64,000 nt of DNA. It comes from Eledone cirrhosa (lineage: Eukaryota). The stretch's first letter is position 1, and every line of letters begins with the position of its first letter. The position numbers and the translations under genes are program-made. Below the pieces are notes generated by a model. It was not told the origin of the DNA and made no database searches. It was given only the letters and a program-made list of their open reading frames with translations. Shown here piece after piece: positions 38,706 to 50,858 of this stretch. The DNA lies in assembly GCA_964016885.1 (NCBI GenBank), contig OZ024740.1, forward strand, positions 219,542,001 to 219,606,000. The letters are read 5' to 3'.

Positions 38706-39507
38706 ATATTACTAAAACAGAGAATGTCTGTTTGTCTGTCTGTCTGTCAGTCTGTACAATCACTAAAACTCGAGAACCTCCCAACCGATTGTTTTCAAAC
38801 TTTACACATGTAATACTTATGGTCCTATTGAGTGTTCTGAGCAAAGGGACCACATGAGGCGATTTAGCGATCTCTTTCTCTCTCTCTTAGTCTTTCTCTT
38901 TTTAGATAGCTACATATATATTACGCTCCGCCCTTATAATATCTGTCTGTATGCCTGGCTGTCTGCATTACGTCATTATGACGCGATGTGTGTGTATATA
39001 TATATATAGTGTGTGACATTTTTCGAAATATTTACTTCTGCGTTCACAGATTTATTATTTTAGTTTCAGAAGATCCCGTTAAGGGTGAAAGCAGCGATTC
39101 TTTGCTTGAGCTTTAATCAGTTATTTTAATATATATATATATATATATATATAATTATATATTCGTGTACAGATATTTTTGCATACACATATAAACAAAA
39201 GTATTTATTTTGCGATGAAGTATTGATTTTCTTCGCATGGAAAAAAACCCTGGTAATGTACGACAAATTATTTTTATAAGCACAAAATGTAGACACCAAC
39301 CCGAGGCCGAGGTATTCCGTACTTCTCTGTACTGTTATTTATATATATATATATATAATTATATATTCGTGTACAGATATTTTTGCATACACAATAACAA
39401 AATATAAACAAACGTATTTACTTCACGAGGCTCGAGAAGGATAAATATATATCAAATATATAAGAACCCTAGAGCAAATCCCGAGCAATGCTGGGCCATT
39501 CTGCTAG
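38706..39507 (+). mobile_element. Non-autonomous Helitron copy 1
   Basis: 5' ..CTAAAACAGAGAATG(TCTG)n; 3' hairpin CCCGAGCAATGCTGGG just upstream of CTAG|T. Confidence 0.85.
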
Positions 39508-40040
39508 TATATATCTAAAACAGAGAATGTCTGTTTGTCTGTCTAATCACTAAAACTTGAGAACCACCCAACCGAGTTTTTTCAAACTTTACACATGTAA
39601 TACTTATGATCCCGTGTGTGTTTTGAACAAAAATAATTTCAAATTTTCAATGCTCTAGGCACTGCATTAGGCGATTTAGCGATCTTTGTCTATAATTCTT
39701 AAAATTTCTCTTTTTAGATAGATACATAGATATAACGTCGCGCCCTTATAATATCTGTCTGTATGCCTGACTGTCTGCATTAGGTCATTATGACGCGATC
39801 AGTGTGTGTGTATATGTATATATAGTGTGTGTATATATATATATTCTTATGCCAGGGAACGTCTTCACAAACCAAAGTATTGTCTTCCTGTTTTCCTTCG
39901 GCTGCAATGTTTTTCGAAATATTTACATCTGTGTTCACAGATTGATTTTTTATTTTAGTTTCAGAAGATCCCGTTAAGGGTGAAAGCAGCGATTCTTTGC
40001 TTAAACTTTAATGTTATTTTTATATATATATATATATATA

Positions 40041-40726
40041 TAAGTATGTATACGTACATACATATATGTATATAGACGTACAGTAGTATGTATATATATA
40101 TACACACATGCACACATATATATATGTACGTATTGATTCACTGAACATTTATTATAATGCTCGGTGTGTTTGTAAATGAACATCCCGTATTAAGCCGTAG
40201 TGTCTAGCAACCATCGTTGCTCGTTTGTTCAACACTGACAAAGGAACACTGTACTAGTTTCAAGCTTATTAGCTATCATCAGCAACGTATACCTTCCAGC
40301 CAGATTATTGAATGTCTGAAAGTATATACTTTCCTGATGCATATTAACGGCTGAGTAGCCCAATTTGCATATCGGCTGGGACACCGAAAACGATAAACGG
40401 AAAAAATGAAACAAAATTTCATTTCTCACTCTTAGTACAGCTGTTACTTAAATATATGTATACGTACATACATATATGTATACAGACGTACAGTAGTATA
40501 TATATATACATAGATGCACACATATATATATGTACGTATGGATTCACTGAACATTTATTATAATGCTTGGTGTGTTTGTAAACAAACATCCCGTATTAAG
40601 CCGTAGTGTCTAGCAACCATCGTTGCTCGTTTGTTCAACACTGACAAAGGATACATACGTATACATACTTATATTTAAGTAACAGCCGTACTAAGAGTGG
40701 GAAATGTAATTTCGTTTCATTTTTCC

Positions 40727-40731
<5 letters not shown>
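40041..40731 (-). mobile_element. Penelope-like cassette (tandem plus inverted repeats) in the Helitron (TA)n
   Basis: 40041-40245 is repeated at ~40455-40651, and 40395-40455 is inverted at ~40670-40731; it contains a hammerhead. Confidence 0.7.
40247..40287 (-). ncRNA. Minimal type I hammerhead ribozyme, intact core
   Basis: Minus strand reads cgttg-CTGATGA-tagct/aata/agctt-GAAA-C-TA-G-TA-cagtg. Confidence 0.75.
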
Positions 40732-40765
<34 letters not shown>

Positions 40766-40951
40766 TATACTCGTGTACAAATATTTTTGCATACACAATA
40801 ACAAAATATATACAAAAGTATTTATTTCGCGATAAAGTATTGATTTTCTTCGCACGGAAACAAACCCTGGTAATCTACGACAAATTATTTTTATAAGCAC
40901 ATAATGTAGACACCATCCCGAGGCCGAGGTATTCCGTACTTCTTTGTACTG

Positions 40952-41008
<57 letters not shown>

Positions 41009-41260
41009 TATATTTATGTAGAGATATTTTAGCATACACAATAACAAAATATAAACAGACGTATTTATTTCACGAGGCTTGATAAGGATAAATATATATC
41101 ATTTTTGCATACACAATAACAAAATATAAACAAAAGTATTTATTTCGCGATAAAGTATTGATTTTCTTCACACAGAAAAAAATCCTGGTAATCTATGACA
41201 AATTTTTTTTATAACCACAAAATGTAGACACCATATATATATATATAGTTATATATTCGT

Positions 41261-41603
41261 GGAGGTACATGGCTTAGGGGTTAGAGCATTGGGCTTGCAA
41301 TCGAAAGGTTGTGAGTTCAATTCTCAGACCGGGTGATGTGTTGTTTCCTTGAGTAAGACACTTTATTTCACATTGCTCCAGTTTACTCAGCTGTAGAAAT
41401 GAGATGATAGGGACTGGGGTCCCTATCATTCCACTGCAAAGTGGTCGTGGAGGTGCCATAGCAAAAAAGCACCCAGCACTCACTGTAAATGAGGTTGGTG
41501 TTAGGAAAGGCATCCAGCTGTAGAAATCAAGCCAGAATCAGTTCCCGTCCTACCCTTGCAAGCAGGGATAAAGGGGACGTAAAAGATGATGATGATGATG
41601 ATG
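41261..41603 (+). mobile_element. tRNA-head SINE with RTE tail
   Basis: Near-identical to 38361-38700. Confidence 0.9.
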
Positions 41604-41716
41604 CATCACGAGGCTCGATAAGGATAAATATATATCAAATATATAAGAACCCTAGAGCAAATCCCGTGCAACGCTGGGCCATTCTGCTAGTATATATATA
41701 TATTTTAATATAGAAA

Positions 41717-41767
41717 AGCTTCTACAGGACTATAACTGTTTCATTCGTGAGAAATCATCAGGAAGCT
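41717..41767 (-). ncRNA. Type I hammerhead ribozyme, intact core
   Basis: Minus strand reads agcttc-CTGATGA-tttc/tcac/gaat-GAAA-CAG-ttatagtc-CTG-TA-gaagct. Confidence 0.8.
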
Positions 41768-41914
41768 GACTGTCCAAGTAAATGAGTTGATATTTATATC
41801 TTTTCAGATAAACATTTAGACTCTATTATGTATTGAGTACCTTACTTACTGTGGTTACCCTCGATTGAACCCAGAATAACTTATATATATATATATATAC
41901 GTACACACACACAT

Positions 41915-42256
41915 GAAGGCGTGTGACCTAGTGGTTAGGGTATTTAACTTGTGATCATAATGTCATGGGTCTGATTATAGGACCAGCTGCTGCATTGTGT
42001 TCTTGAGTGAAACACTTTATTGCATGCTACTCCAGTCTACTTAATTGAAAATCTGTACCAACAGCAACTGCAGATTAAACCTGTGATGGACTGACATCCT
42101 GTCCAGGGGGGAGGTCTTGAATTCTCAGTTAATTAACACCAATACAACTGAGATAAACACCAGTCAGATGAGGCTGGGACTGACTTTAACTTTATAAAAA
42201 CTTATGCTAGCGTGGAAAATAGACGTTAAATGATGATGATGATGATGGTGATGATG
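41915..42256 (+). mobile_element. Diverged tRNA-head / V-like SINE with RTE tail
   Basis: TAGTGGTTAG head, TCTTGAGTGAAACACTTT core and GACGTTAAATGATGAT tail. Confidence 0.65.
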
Positions 42257-42410
42257 AAATATATATATAAAGAACAAGATTAACAAAGATTTTTAATTAA
42301 ATCATTTAATTGATTTATGACTGTTTCGTTACATTAACAAGAACATCACATTGGGTTTTAAAATGTCCTCTGCTTTTATATGGTTGTATTATCAACTCTT
42401 TAAACTAGTG

Positions 42411-42442
<32 letters not shown>

Positions 42443-42461
42443 TCCATATATATATATATGC

Positions 42462-42577
<116 letters not shown>

Positions 42578-42983
42578 ATAATAATAAATTTGAAGACTTC
42601 TGCGTTCACAGATTTTATATTTATATATGATTGATATAACATGTATAGATATGTAGGGTAGTACTAAGTACTAGCCGGTTACCGGTATGACAAAAGGCTC
42701 AATGCAACTTTCCTCATACATGCATTATTGACTGTATTGACTCCTGCATTGTACACCAATTGTCCTTGCTTATAACTTCTTTCCCTGTGGTTTTTTGCTT
42801 GTGCTTTTTACTTTTACTTATACCTATTACACTTCCAACCAGTGCTGCCTGTAATTGTGTTATTTCAGGCGGAACATATTTTTAACTCCTGAATCTCCAC
42901 ATGATGCCTTTGACACTAATAACAACTATGTACCCTAAATGTTCTAAATGACTACGATTCTAGTTACACGTTTTCAACATTCC

Positions 42984-43035
42984 TTATGCTCCGATGATTC
43001 CAGTCTTCCCCCTGGAAGAAACAATTGTCAGCTAA
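42984..43035 (+). ncRNA. Minimal hammerhead-like fold with CCGATGA core
   Basis: gct-CCGATGA-ttccag/ctggaa-GAAA-C-AATT-G-TC-agc, followed by AATAAA and then (TA)n. Confidence 0.7.
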
Positions 43036-44065
43036 TAAATGTACTAAACTAAAATTTCATCGTTTTAACACTTTCTATATATATATATACAATGGTACTG
43101 TTGATGCTGGTGATACATACATGCACATTATTTTCTTGAGAACAGTACTCATATAAATCCTCTATCTAACATAAAAAAAAAGAAAAAAACCTGAAGACAT
43201 GTATATTAAGAAAGTAGCAAGCCATGACATATTTTGGGTTGCCAACAATTATTGATTGTAATCTATATGTATGTGAGGTCTTTATGCATGCAGCCATTGT
43301 CCTGAAACCTGGGACTCACATTTTAGATCAATAATGTTTAGCAAGTTCAAACCAAACATGAACACTAAATCATAGAGGAGAGAGAGGGTGATATATATAT
43401 ATATAGAGAGAGAGAGAGAATGGGTGTGAAGAGTGTGAGTGATAGAGAGTGAATGAGAGAGAGGGCATGTCCATGTATACATTGTGTGTGTGTGTGTGTG
43501 TGTGTGGTTTCTATTTGTGAATGATGTTGCTCTTTCTCTGTATGTATGTGTGTGTATGTTTGAGTTGTTGTGTAACCCAAGTTAGCTTTGTGGGAATTGA
43601 CTTATGATCAGTCTTTCCAGCCATGACCAACCAGGCTGACTTTGTTTCTAGTATAGTGTACCTTGGACAGCCATATAAAGTGTGCTGTAGTCTTTAAGAC
43701 ATAAGGTTATAATTTTGAAGGAGGTTTGTATAGTATTCCTGGTAGGTTTAACCACCTTAGAGTTTCCTTGTTAGTTGTGTGTGTGTGTGTTTGTCTATAT
43801 GTGTGTGTATGTCTGCATGTGTTTGTGTGCATGTTTGTGTTTACATGAATGTGTCTGCATATATGCATGCATGAGTATGTGTATGTGTGTGTCTGCATGT
43901 ATGCACGTGTGTGTCTGTGTGTATACAGTTTTTCCTTTATCTTAACAGAGATGGAATGGTTGTAAAGATTTGTATGAAATGTGCTTTCATAGTTAGGGTA
44001 TTGAATGGAGACAATATAGGGTAGAGAATATATCTTAGTCTTGCACAGAACATGACAACCTCTTT

Positions 44066-44445
44066 TGTGCTGGTGCCATGATAAAATGCACCCAGTACAT
44101 TCTGTAAAGAGGTAGTGCTGGTTCCATGATGAAATACACTCAGTACATATGGTAAAGTGGTAGTGCAGGTTCCATGGTGAAATACACCCAGTTCATACTG
44201 TAAAGTAGTAGTACTGGTGCCATGATGAAATACATCCAGTACACACTGTAAAGTGGTATTGTGCAACAATGAAATACACCCAGTACACTATGTAAAGTGG
44301 TAGTGTTTGTGCCATGATGAAATATATCCAGTACACCCCTATAATGTCATAGTGTTGGTGCTATGATAAAATACTCCCAGAACACTCTGTAAAGTTTTAG
44401 TGCTGATGCTATGATAAAATGTACTAAATACACTCTGTAAGGAGG
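44066..44445. repeat. ~46-bp tandem repeat inside an RTE-tailed element
   Basis: Unit GTGCTGGTGCCATGATGAAATACACCCAGTACACTGTAAAGTGGTA, about 8 copies. Confidence 0.85.
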
Positions 44446-44874
44446 TTGATATTAGGAATGCCATCCAGCCATAGAAACCATGCCAAAATAGTGAATATAT
44501 AAGCAAGACATTGTTCTCAATCTGTCAAATATCCGACAATGATATCCCACCCAACCCATTCCAGCATGGAAAGTGGACATAAAATGATGATGAGGATGAT
44601 GATGATGGTGATGATGATGATGGCATTGGTGGTTGTGGTGGTGGCGGTGATGTATTTCCTCATTCTATACACCATCAACTAATTAGACTGGGGGAATTGG
44701 GGAATTGTTCTATCTGGAATCACTGTGCAGCAATGGTAATTGGATAAGAAGAATTCAGTATCATCATCATCATCAACAACAACAACATCATCATCATTTC
44801 GCAGAGAAAATGAATGTTAAATGGACACTAAATGATGATGATGATAATAATAGTGATGAGGATGATGATAGTGA

Positions 44875-44905
<31 letters not shown>

Positions 44906-45224
44906 AATACTGAAATCTTCCACTAAAACGTTTTAAGAGACTTGTTACTGCTGACTGACAAAATCTGTGTGTAGACCCTGTGTAGAATTGTCGGAGAAAC
45001 TGTACAGCACTTTTCTACTGATTGGAGGTGAACAATAACAGTTTTGACTATGTCATCGTTAACTAAATGTCTATACACATACACGGTAATTATTAGAACA
45101 CTAGGTGATCAGCTAGCTATGTTAGTATGGCCACTATAATTATCAAAGCATACTACTTGATCAGCCAGTTATAGATCCATTCAATCAATGTCAGAACATA
45201 AAAGTAGGTAGGAAGACAATATAA

Positions 45225-45485
45225 TTAAATAAATAAACAAACAAATAAATGAATTAATAGAGAAACAAATAAAAAATAGAGAAATAAATAAATAAATAAA
45301 TAGAGAAACAAATAAAAAATAGAGAAATAAATAAATAGAGAAACAAATAAAAAATAGAGAAATAAATAAATAGAGAAACAAATAAAAAATAGAGAAATAA
45401 ATAAATTCATAGAGAAACAAATAAAAAATAAATAGAGAAACAAATAAATTTAAAAAATAGAGAAACAAATAAATAAATAAATAAA
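45225..45485. repeat. A-rich tandem repeat (AAATAAATAGAGAAACAAATAAAAAATAGAG)
   Basis: Repeated units are directly visible. Confidence 0.8.
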
Positions 45486-45764
45486 GCCAAATGGAAATGC
45501 AATTTGTGTATAAGTTGGTATGAATGAATATAGATGTGTGTGTGTATAAGTTGATATGAATGAATATAGATGTGTGTGTGTGTATATATGTTGGTATGAA
45601 TGAATAAAGACATGTACACATGGAATGGATCTCTGTTGGTTTCTACGATGTGTGTTTCAGTTGTGCAGTCAATGGAACAGCCAGCTGGCTCATGAAATTA
45701 ATGTGCAAGTAGCTGACCATTTCACAAACACGTGGGCCCTTAACATAATTGTTGAGGGTCATGT

Positions 45765-46010
45765 ATTTCACATGGATGGTGATCGCTGGGTGAGGATGTG
45801 CCAGGAAATCTTAACACAAGGAAGCCACAGGTGGGGTAGACTAAGAAAGACCTGAGCAGAGGTGAGGAGAGCTGATCTTAAATCACTGAAACTCACAGAG
45901 GAGATGACAAAGGAATGTGGCAAGTGGAGAGATGCCATGCTGTAAAGGACCTGTTCAACCCATGCAAGCATTGAAAAACAAACATAAAGATGATGTTGAT
46001 GATGATGATG
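45765..46010 (+). mobile_element. Decayed RTE 3' end
   Basis: GRLRKT motif, CCCATGCAAGCAT tail and (GAT)n. Confidence 0.65.
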
Positions 46011-46015
46011 ATATA

Positions 46016-46066
<51 letters not shown>

Positions 46067-46440
46067 AGCCTCAGTGATACACATATATATATATATATAT
46101 ATGTATATCATCATCATCTTCATTTAACGTCCATCTTCCACGCTAGCATGGGTTAGACCGGAGTTGTCCCACTTGAGGCAAGGCTGGTTGGGTGACCGTG
46201 TCTCGCTCATATAGGACTATCCTGCCAGATAGTCCTATATGAGCGAGACATTTATATATATTTATATATATTTATATATATATATATATATAATATAAAA
46301 CGAAAAATCAGTGATGCATCTGGACTCAATTTATTGTGTGTTACAATTGTTTCATTTTATATTATATCACACTCTGCTCTGTAAGAATATAGCGTGCTCA
46401 ACTGGCATACCGCCTATGGAAGCATCATAGCTACCATTAA

Positions 46441-46490
<50 letters not shown>

Positions 46491-46943
46491 GATATATTAA
46501 CAAATGGAAACTATATTTATAAAACCATATTTATTTCATTATACATATTTCAAGGACACCAAGTTAAATTATGGTGTGCTTTCATCAGATAAAATATAAT
46601 ATGGATCAGTTTTATAAATAAATATTGACATACCCTTAAAGAATGCGACCATTTCTGTTGGAAGCTCCCGGATAGCTTCCAACAGAAATGGTCGCATTCT
46701 TTAAGGGTATGTCAATATTTATTTATAAAACTGATCTATATTATATTTTATCTGATGAAAGCACACCATAATTTAACTTGGTGTCCTTGAAATATGTATA
46801 ATGAAATAAATATGGTTTTATAAATATAGTTTCCATTTGTTAATATATCATATTTTTACTCCAATAATTTGTTGAGTGCTTTATATCAGTTATAAAAATA
46901 TTTGCTTGTTGTATCCCAACAATTTAAATAGAACTTCTACATT
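46491..46943 (+). mobile_element. Near-perfect palindrome (46491-46849) with one-sided 3' tail; Penelope-like inverted ends between (TA)n tracts
   Basis: ~176-bp arms, a 7-nt loop (cccggat), and a hammerhead in each arm. Confidence 0.85.
46744..46808 (+). ncRNA. Type I hammerhead ribozyme (mirror copy at 46532-46596, minus strand)
   Basis: tattttat-CTGATGA-aagcacacca/tggtgtcctt-GAAA-T-ATGT-A-TA-atgaaata. Confidence 0.78.
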
Positions 46944-47284
46944 TATATATATATATATATATTCTAGGGCAGGTAAAATTCTCGAGATCCATGGACGAGT
47001 TCTCTCCGGCAGTCTCTGTCCCTCATTAATGCTGCCATGTCCTGCTTCTCCAGCTTCACATTTACCTAAGAGCCCAATTAATATTTTATGCTTCATGGAG
47101 ATAAAGACTAGTAAAATATTATCCCCCAATAGTTATAATTATACAAACACATACATGCATGCACGCATACACACACAGACACATGCACACACACACACAC
47201 ACGCACACACATACACACACACACACACACATATTCACACATACACACATTAACACACACACAACAGGATAGAATAGAAAAAGT

Positions 47285-47650
47285 TCAGGGACCTATTATC
47301 TCTTCAAGCAACAAAAGGTTGTTTTTTTTTCTGAGAGTGAAGAGCAAATTATATGAGGCTTGCATATGAAATGCAGTGCTGCATGGTAGTGAGATGTGAA
47401 CATTGTATGCAGAGGATTTGCAACAGTTGGAAAGAAATTGTGCATGCTTTGATGCTTTGATGGATGTGTGTATAAAAAGAAGTGTATATAAACAGAAGTG
47501 TGTATAAACAAAGAAGCACAAATAAATTGAGTGAAACACTGGATAGAAGAGGAATCAGATGTAGTGTGCAAGAGAAAAGACTGCATTGGTATGGACATGT
47601 GGTGGGAATGGAGGATATCAGTTGTATTAAAATGTATAAGTACTTGAAGC
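47285..47650 (+). mobile_element. Decayed RTE fragment
   Basis: RGIRCSVQEKRLHWYGHVV. Confidence 0.75.
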
Positions 47651-47662
47651 AGAGGGAGATCA

Positions 47663-47697
<35 letters not shown>

Positions 47698-47701
<4 letters not shown>

Positions 47702-48081
47702 TCATCATCATCATCATCACCGTTTTATGTCCGTTCTTCCACGCTAGCATGGGTTGTGGGCAGTGTCTGGTCGGCTGACCATACCTTGCTCATACAGGAA
47801 CTGATTTGGCTTGATTTCTACAGCTGGATGCCCTTCCTAACACCAACCTCATTTACAGTGAGTGCTGGGTGCGTTTTTTGCCGTGGCACCTCCACGACCA
47901 CTTTGCAGTGGAATGATATGGACCCCAGTCCCTATCATCTCATTTCTACAGCTGAGTAAACTGGAGCAATGTGAAATAAAGTGTCTTGCTCAAGGACACA
48001 ACACATCACCTGGTCTGAGAATTGAACTCACAACCTTTCGATTGCAAGGCCAATGCTCTAACCACTAAGCCATGTGCCTCC
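47698..48081 (-). mobile_element. tRNA-head SINE with RTE tail (variant 3' end)
   Basis: Reverse complement of the 38361 family. Confidence 0.9.
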
Positions 48082-48129
48082 ATATATACATATATATGTA
48101 TGTATTCGCATGTGTCTGTGTATTTCTTT

Positions 48130-48131
48130 AT

Positions 48132-48178
<47 letters not shown>

Positions 48179-48349
48179 ATTTATATATGTATGTATGTAT
48201 ATTTATATATGTATGTATGTATATTTATATTTATGTATGTATGTATATTTATATTCATATATATTATATATATTTATATATATTATATATATATATATGT
48301 ATATATATTTATATTTATATATGTATGTATATTTATATTTATATATATT

Positions 48350-48383
<34 letters not shown>

Positions 48384-48641
48384 GTATGTATATTTATTAT
48401 ATATGTATATATATTATATATATATATATGTATGTATATTTATATTATATATGTATATTTATATTTATATATATTATATATATTTATATATATTATATTA
48501 TATATATATATGTATATTTATATTTATATATGTATATTTATATTATATATATATATGTATATTTATATTTATATATGTATATATATAATATATATATATA
48601 TGTATGTATATTTATATTTATATATGTATGTATATTTATAT

Positions 48642-48700
<59 letters not shown>
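48130..48700. repeat. Compound (TA)n/(TATG)n/(TATATT)n microsatellite
   Basis: Directly visible; similar tracts at 37108-37330, 42410-42575 and 52410-53010. Confidence 0.95.
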
Positions 48701-48701
<1 letters not shown>

Positions 48702-48753
48702 GTTATTCCGGGTTGAATCGGAGGTAACCACATATATATATATATATATATAT

Positions 48754-49724
48754 AAAATTGAAAAGGTGAAGAATAACATGGTCAACAGTACAAAAAAGTG
48801 TTTTATTTACAGTCTGACAATTGTTTCACTGATTAAGTTGTCTAAAAATTGCTGAACACTTAAAGGAGTGCCAGTCAATTTTAAATACGTTGTTAGCTTA
48901 ACCAGATCTTTGGAGATAACTGCTATATGTCCGGTAATTTTACGAATTCAAATTACAGCATCATTAATAATATTAATAATAAAGATAGAGAGAGAAAAAA
49001 GGAGAGATAGAGAAAAGAAAGAAAGAAAAAAGAAAAGGAGAAAGGAAAACAGAGAGAGATATATAAAGAAATAGACAGAGAGGAGAGAAAGAGGCGAGAA
49101 AAGGATAAAGAAGAAATAAAGGTAAATAAAAATAAAATAAGGATATCAACAATAAATGAATAAATGCTAATAGATAAGTGTTAATAAACAAGTTACATCG
49201 AGGATGATATAAAACAATATAAAATATGAAAATAAATAAATAAAAAATGTTTATATGTGCGAAGAACAGTAAACCTAGTAAAATTATTGAGAGTAGCTGT
49301 GGTGTTGGTGGTTAAAATATAGAGATACAAAGGTATAAACATGAAAATGTTAAATATATTTATGTGTGCATTGGTTATTTTAATAAATTAATTATATAAT
49401 TAATTAATTATTTGATTAATTTCTATCCTCTTTTCTCTCTATATCTTTCTCTGTTTCTCTGTTTTCCTTTCTCCTTTTTCTTTCTTCTTTTCTCTATCTC
49501 TCCTTCTTTTTTCTCTCTCTATCTTTATTATTAATATTATTAATGATGCTGTAATTTGAATTTATAAAATTACCGGACATATAGCAGTTATCTCCAATGA
49601 TCTGGTTAAGCTAACAACGTATTTAAAATTGAGTGGCACAGCTTCAAGTGTTCAGCAATTTTTAATGTAAATAAAACCCTTTTTTGTACTGTTGACCATG
49701 TTATTCTTCACTTTTTCAATTTTA
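48754..49724. repeat. Long inverted repeat (~320-bp arms, ~330-bp spacer) with a decayed long-stem-II hammerhead (48809-48923, minus)
   Basis: 48754-~49090 is the reverse complement of ~49425-49724. The fold is CC(A)AWGA-ctggttaag..cttaatcag-GAAAC-AATT-GTC. Confidence 0.85.
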
Positions 49725-49944
49725 TTACTCCAAGATAAACTTACATAGGAATACAAGTTAAATCACAAACTCGCCACCTACGTAAACCCCTTGTTGAGTC
49801 AAACAACGCCGTACGCTAAAACTATCCATAATATGAAGTATTCACAACCTCTAACTGTATTACATATAACGATATTTTGTTATCCCTTATCATCATCATC
49901 ATCATTTTACGTCTGCTTTTCCCTGCTTGCAAGATATATATATA

Positions 49945-50740
49945 TTTTCCTTGGATTTCACAAAATCTGTGTCTTGATTTTTTTTTAATTGAGTTTGAAT
50001 TATTTTCCCATATCTTACGTTAATTATTTTCCATTTTGACGTTATAGTCACTTATATATTATGAAATACTGTTGGCTTCTTGCTCACATTAATTTCTCTA
50101 TTTTCATTTATATTTATACTCGGAATTTTTCCTAGAGTGCTTAAAATTATTTGTGACTAATCCCAGTCTTTTTAAAAAAAAAAACGCGATAATATTGCTA
50201 TTAGCTGAACTCCTTAAATTTTGTAGAGTTTTTTCGGAATGTTTTTGACTGCTGTTTCTTGTAAACAGACATTCGTCTCATTCTGACGCCACCAGCCATG
50301 TTTCTCCATGTGTGTTTATTTTCATAATCCCACACGAGGTGAACTAGCCTGCTTTTAAATTCCCTTTCTGGCATATTTTGGCAGTGGTATTTTGGTTATC
50401 GTGTTGAGCTCTACTGAGGAACAACTCCAATCGTGACTACTCCCACTGAAAAGTTTCGTGAAATAGTCTTTTTAAGACTATATAGAGCATTTGTAGTTTT
50501 TTCCAAATTGAAGGATTTAAACTTTATTTTATTCTGAGTTAAGACTCTATTGGTTTTTTCCTTGGATTTCACAAAATCTGGGAATAAAATCTCTGTCTTG
50601 ATTTTTTTTTTTGAATTGAGTTTGAATTATTTTCCCATATCTTATGTTAATTATTTTCCATTTTGACGTTATAGTCACTTATATATTATGAAATACTGTT
50701 GGCTTCTTGCTCACATTAATTTCTCTATTTTCATTTATAT
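49945..50740 (+). mobile_element. Penelope-like partial tandem cassette with ~170-180-bp direct repeats, ending in (TA)n
   Basis: 49945-50115 is repeated at 50557-50740, with a hammerhead between the copies. Confidence 0.75.
50408..50488 (+). ncRNA. Type I hammerhead ribozyme, intact core, weak stem II
   Basis: gctcta-CTGAGGA-ac..gt-GAAA-TAGTCTT/ttt/AAGACTA-TA-tagagc. Confidence 0.75.
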
Positions 50741-50765
50741 ATGAGTATATATATGTATATTTATA

Positions 50766-50858
<93 letters not shown>

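Larger units (their letters stand above)
39514..41690 (+). mobile_element. Non-autonomous Helitron copy 2, tandem to copy 1, with nested insertions
   Basis: a|TC start, homologous body, and 3' CCCGTGCAACGCTGGG..CTAG|T. Confidence 0.85.

Noticed and set aside
42312-42352. Minus-strand GTGATG..GAAACAGTC hammerhead-like string
   Set aside because: The core and stem I are too degenerate.
46330-46372. Minus-strand GAAACAATTGTA followed by AATAAA
   Set aside because: The 5' core is absent, so no fold can be supported.
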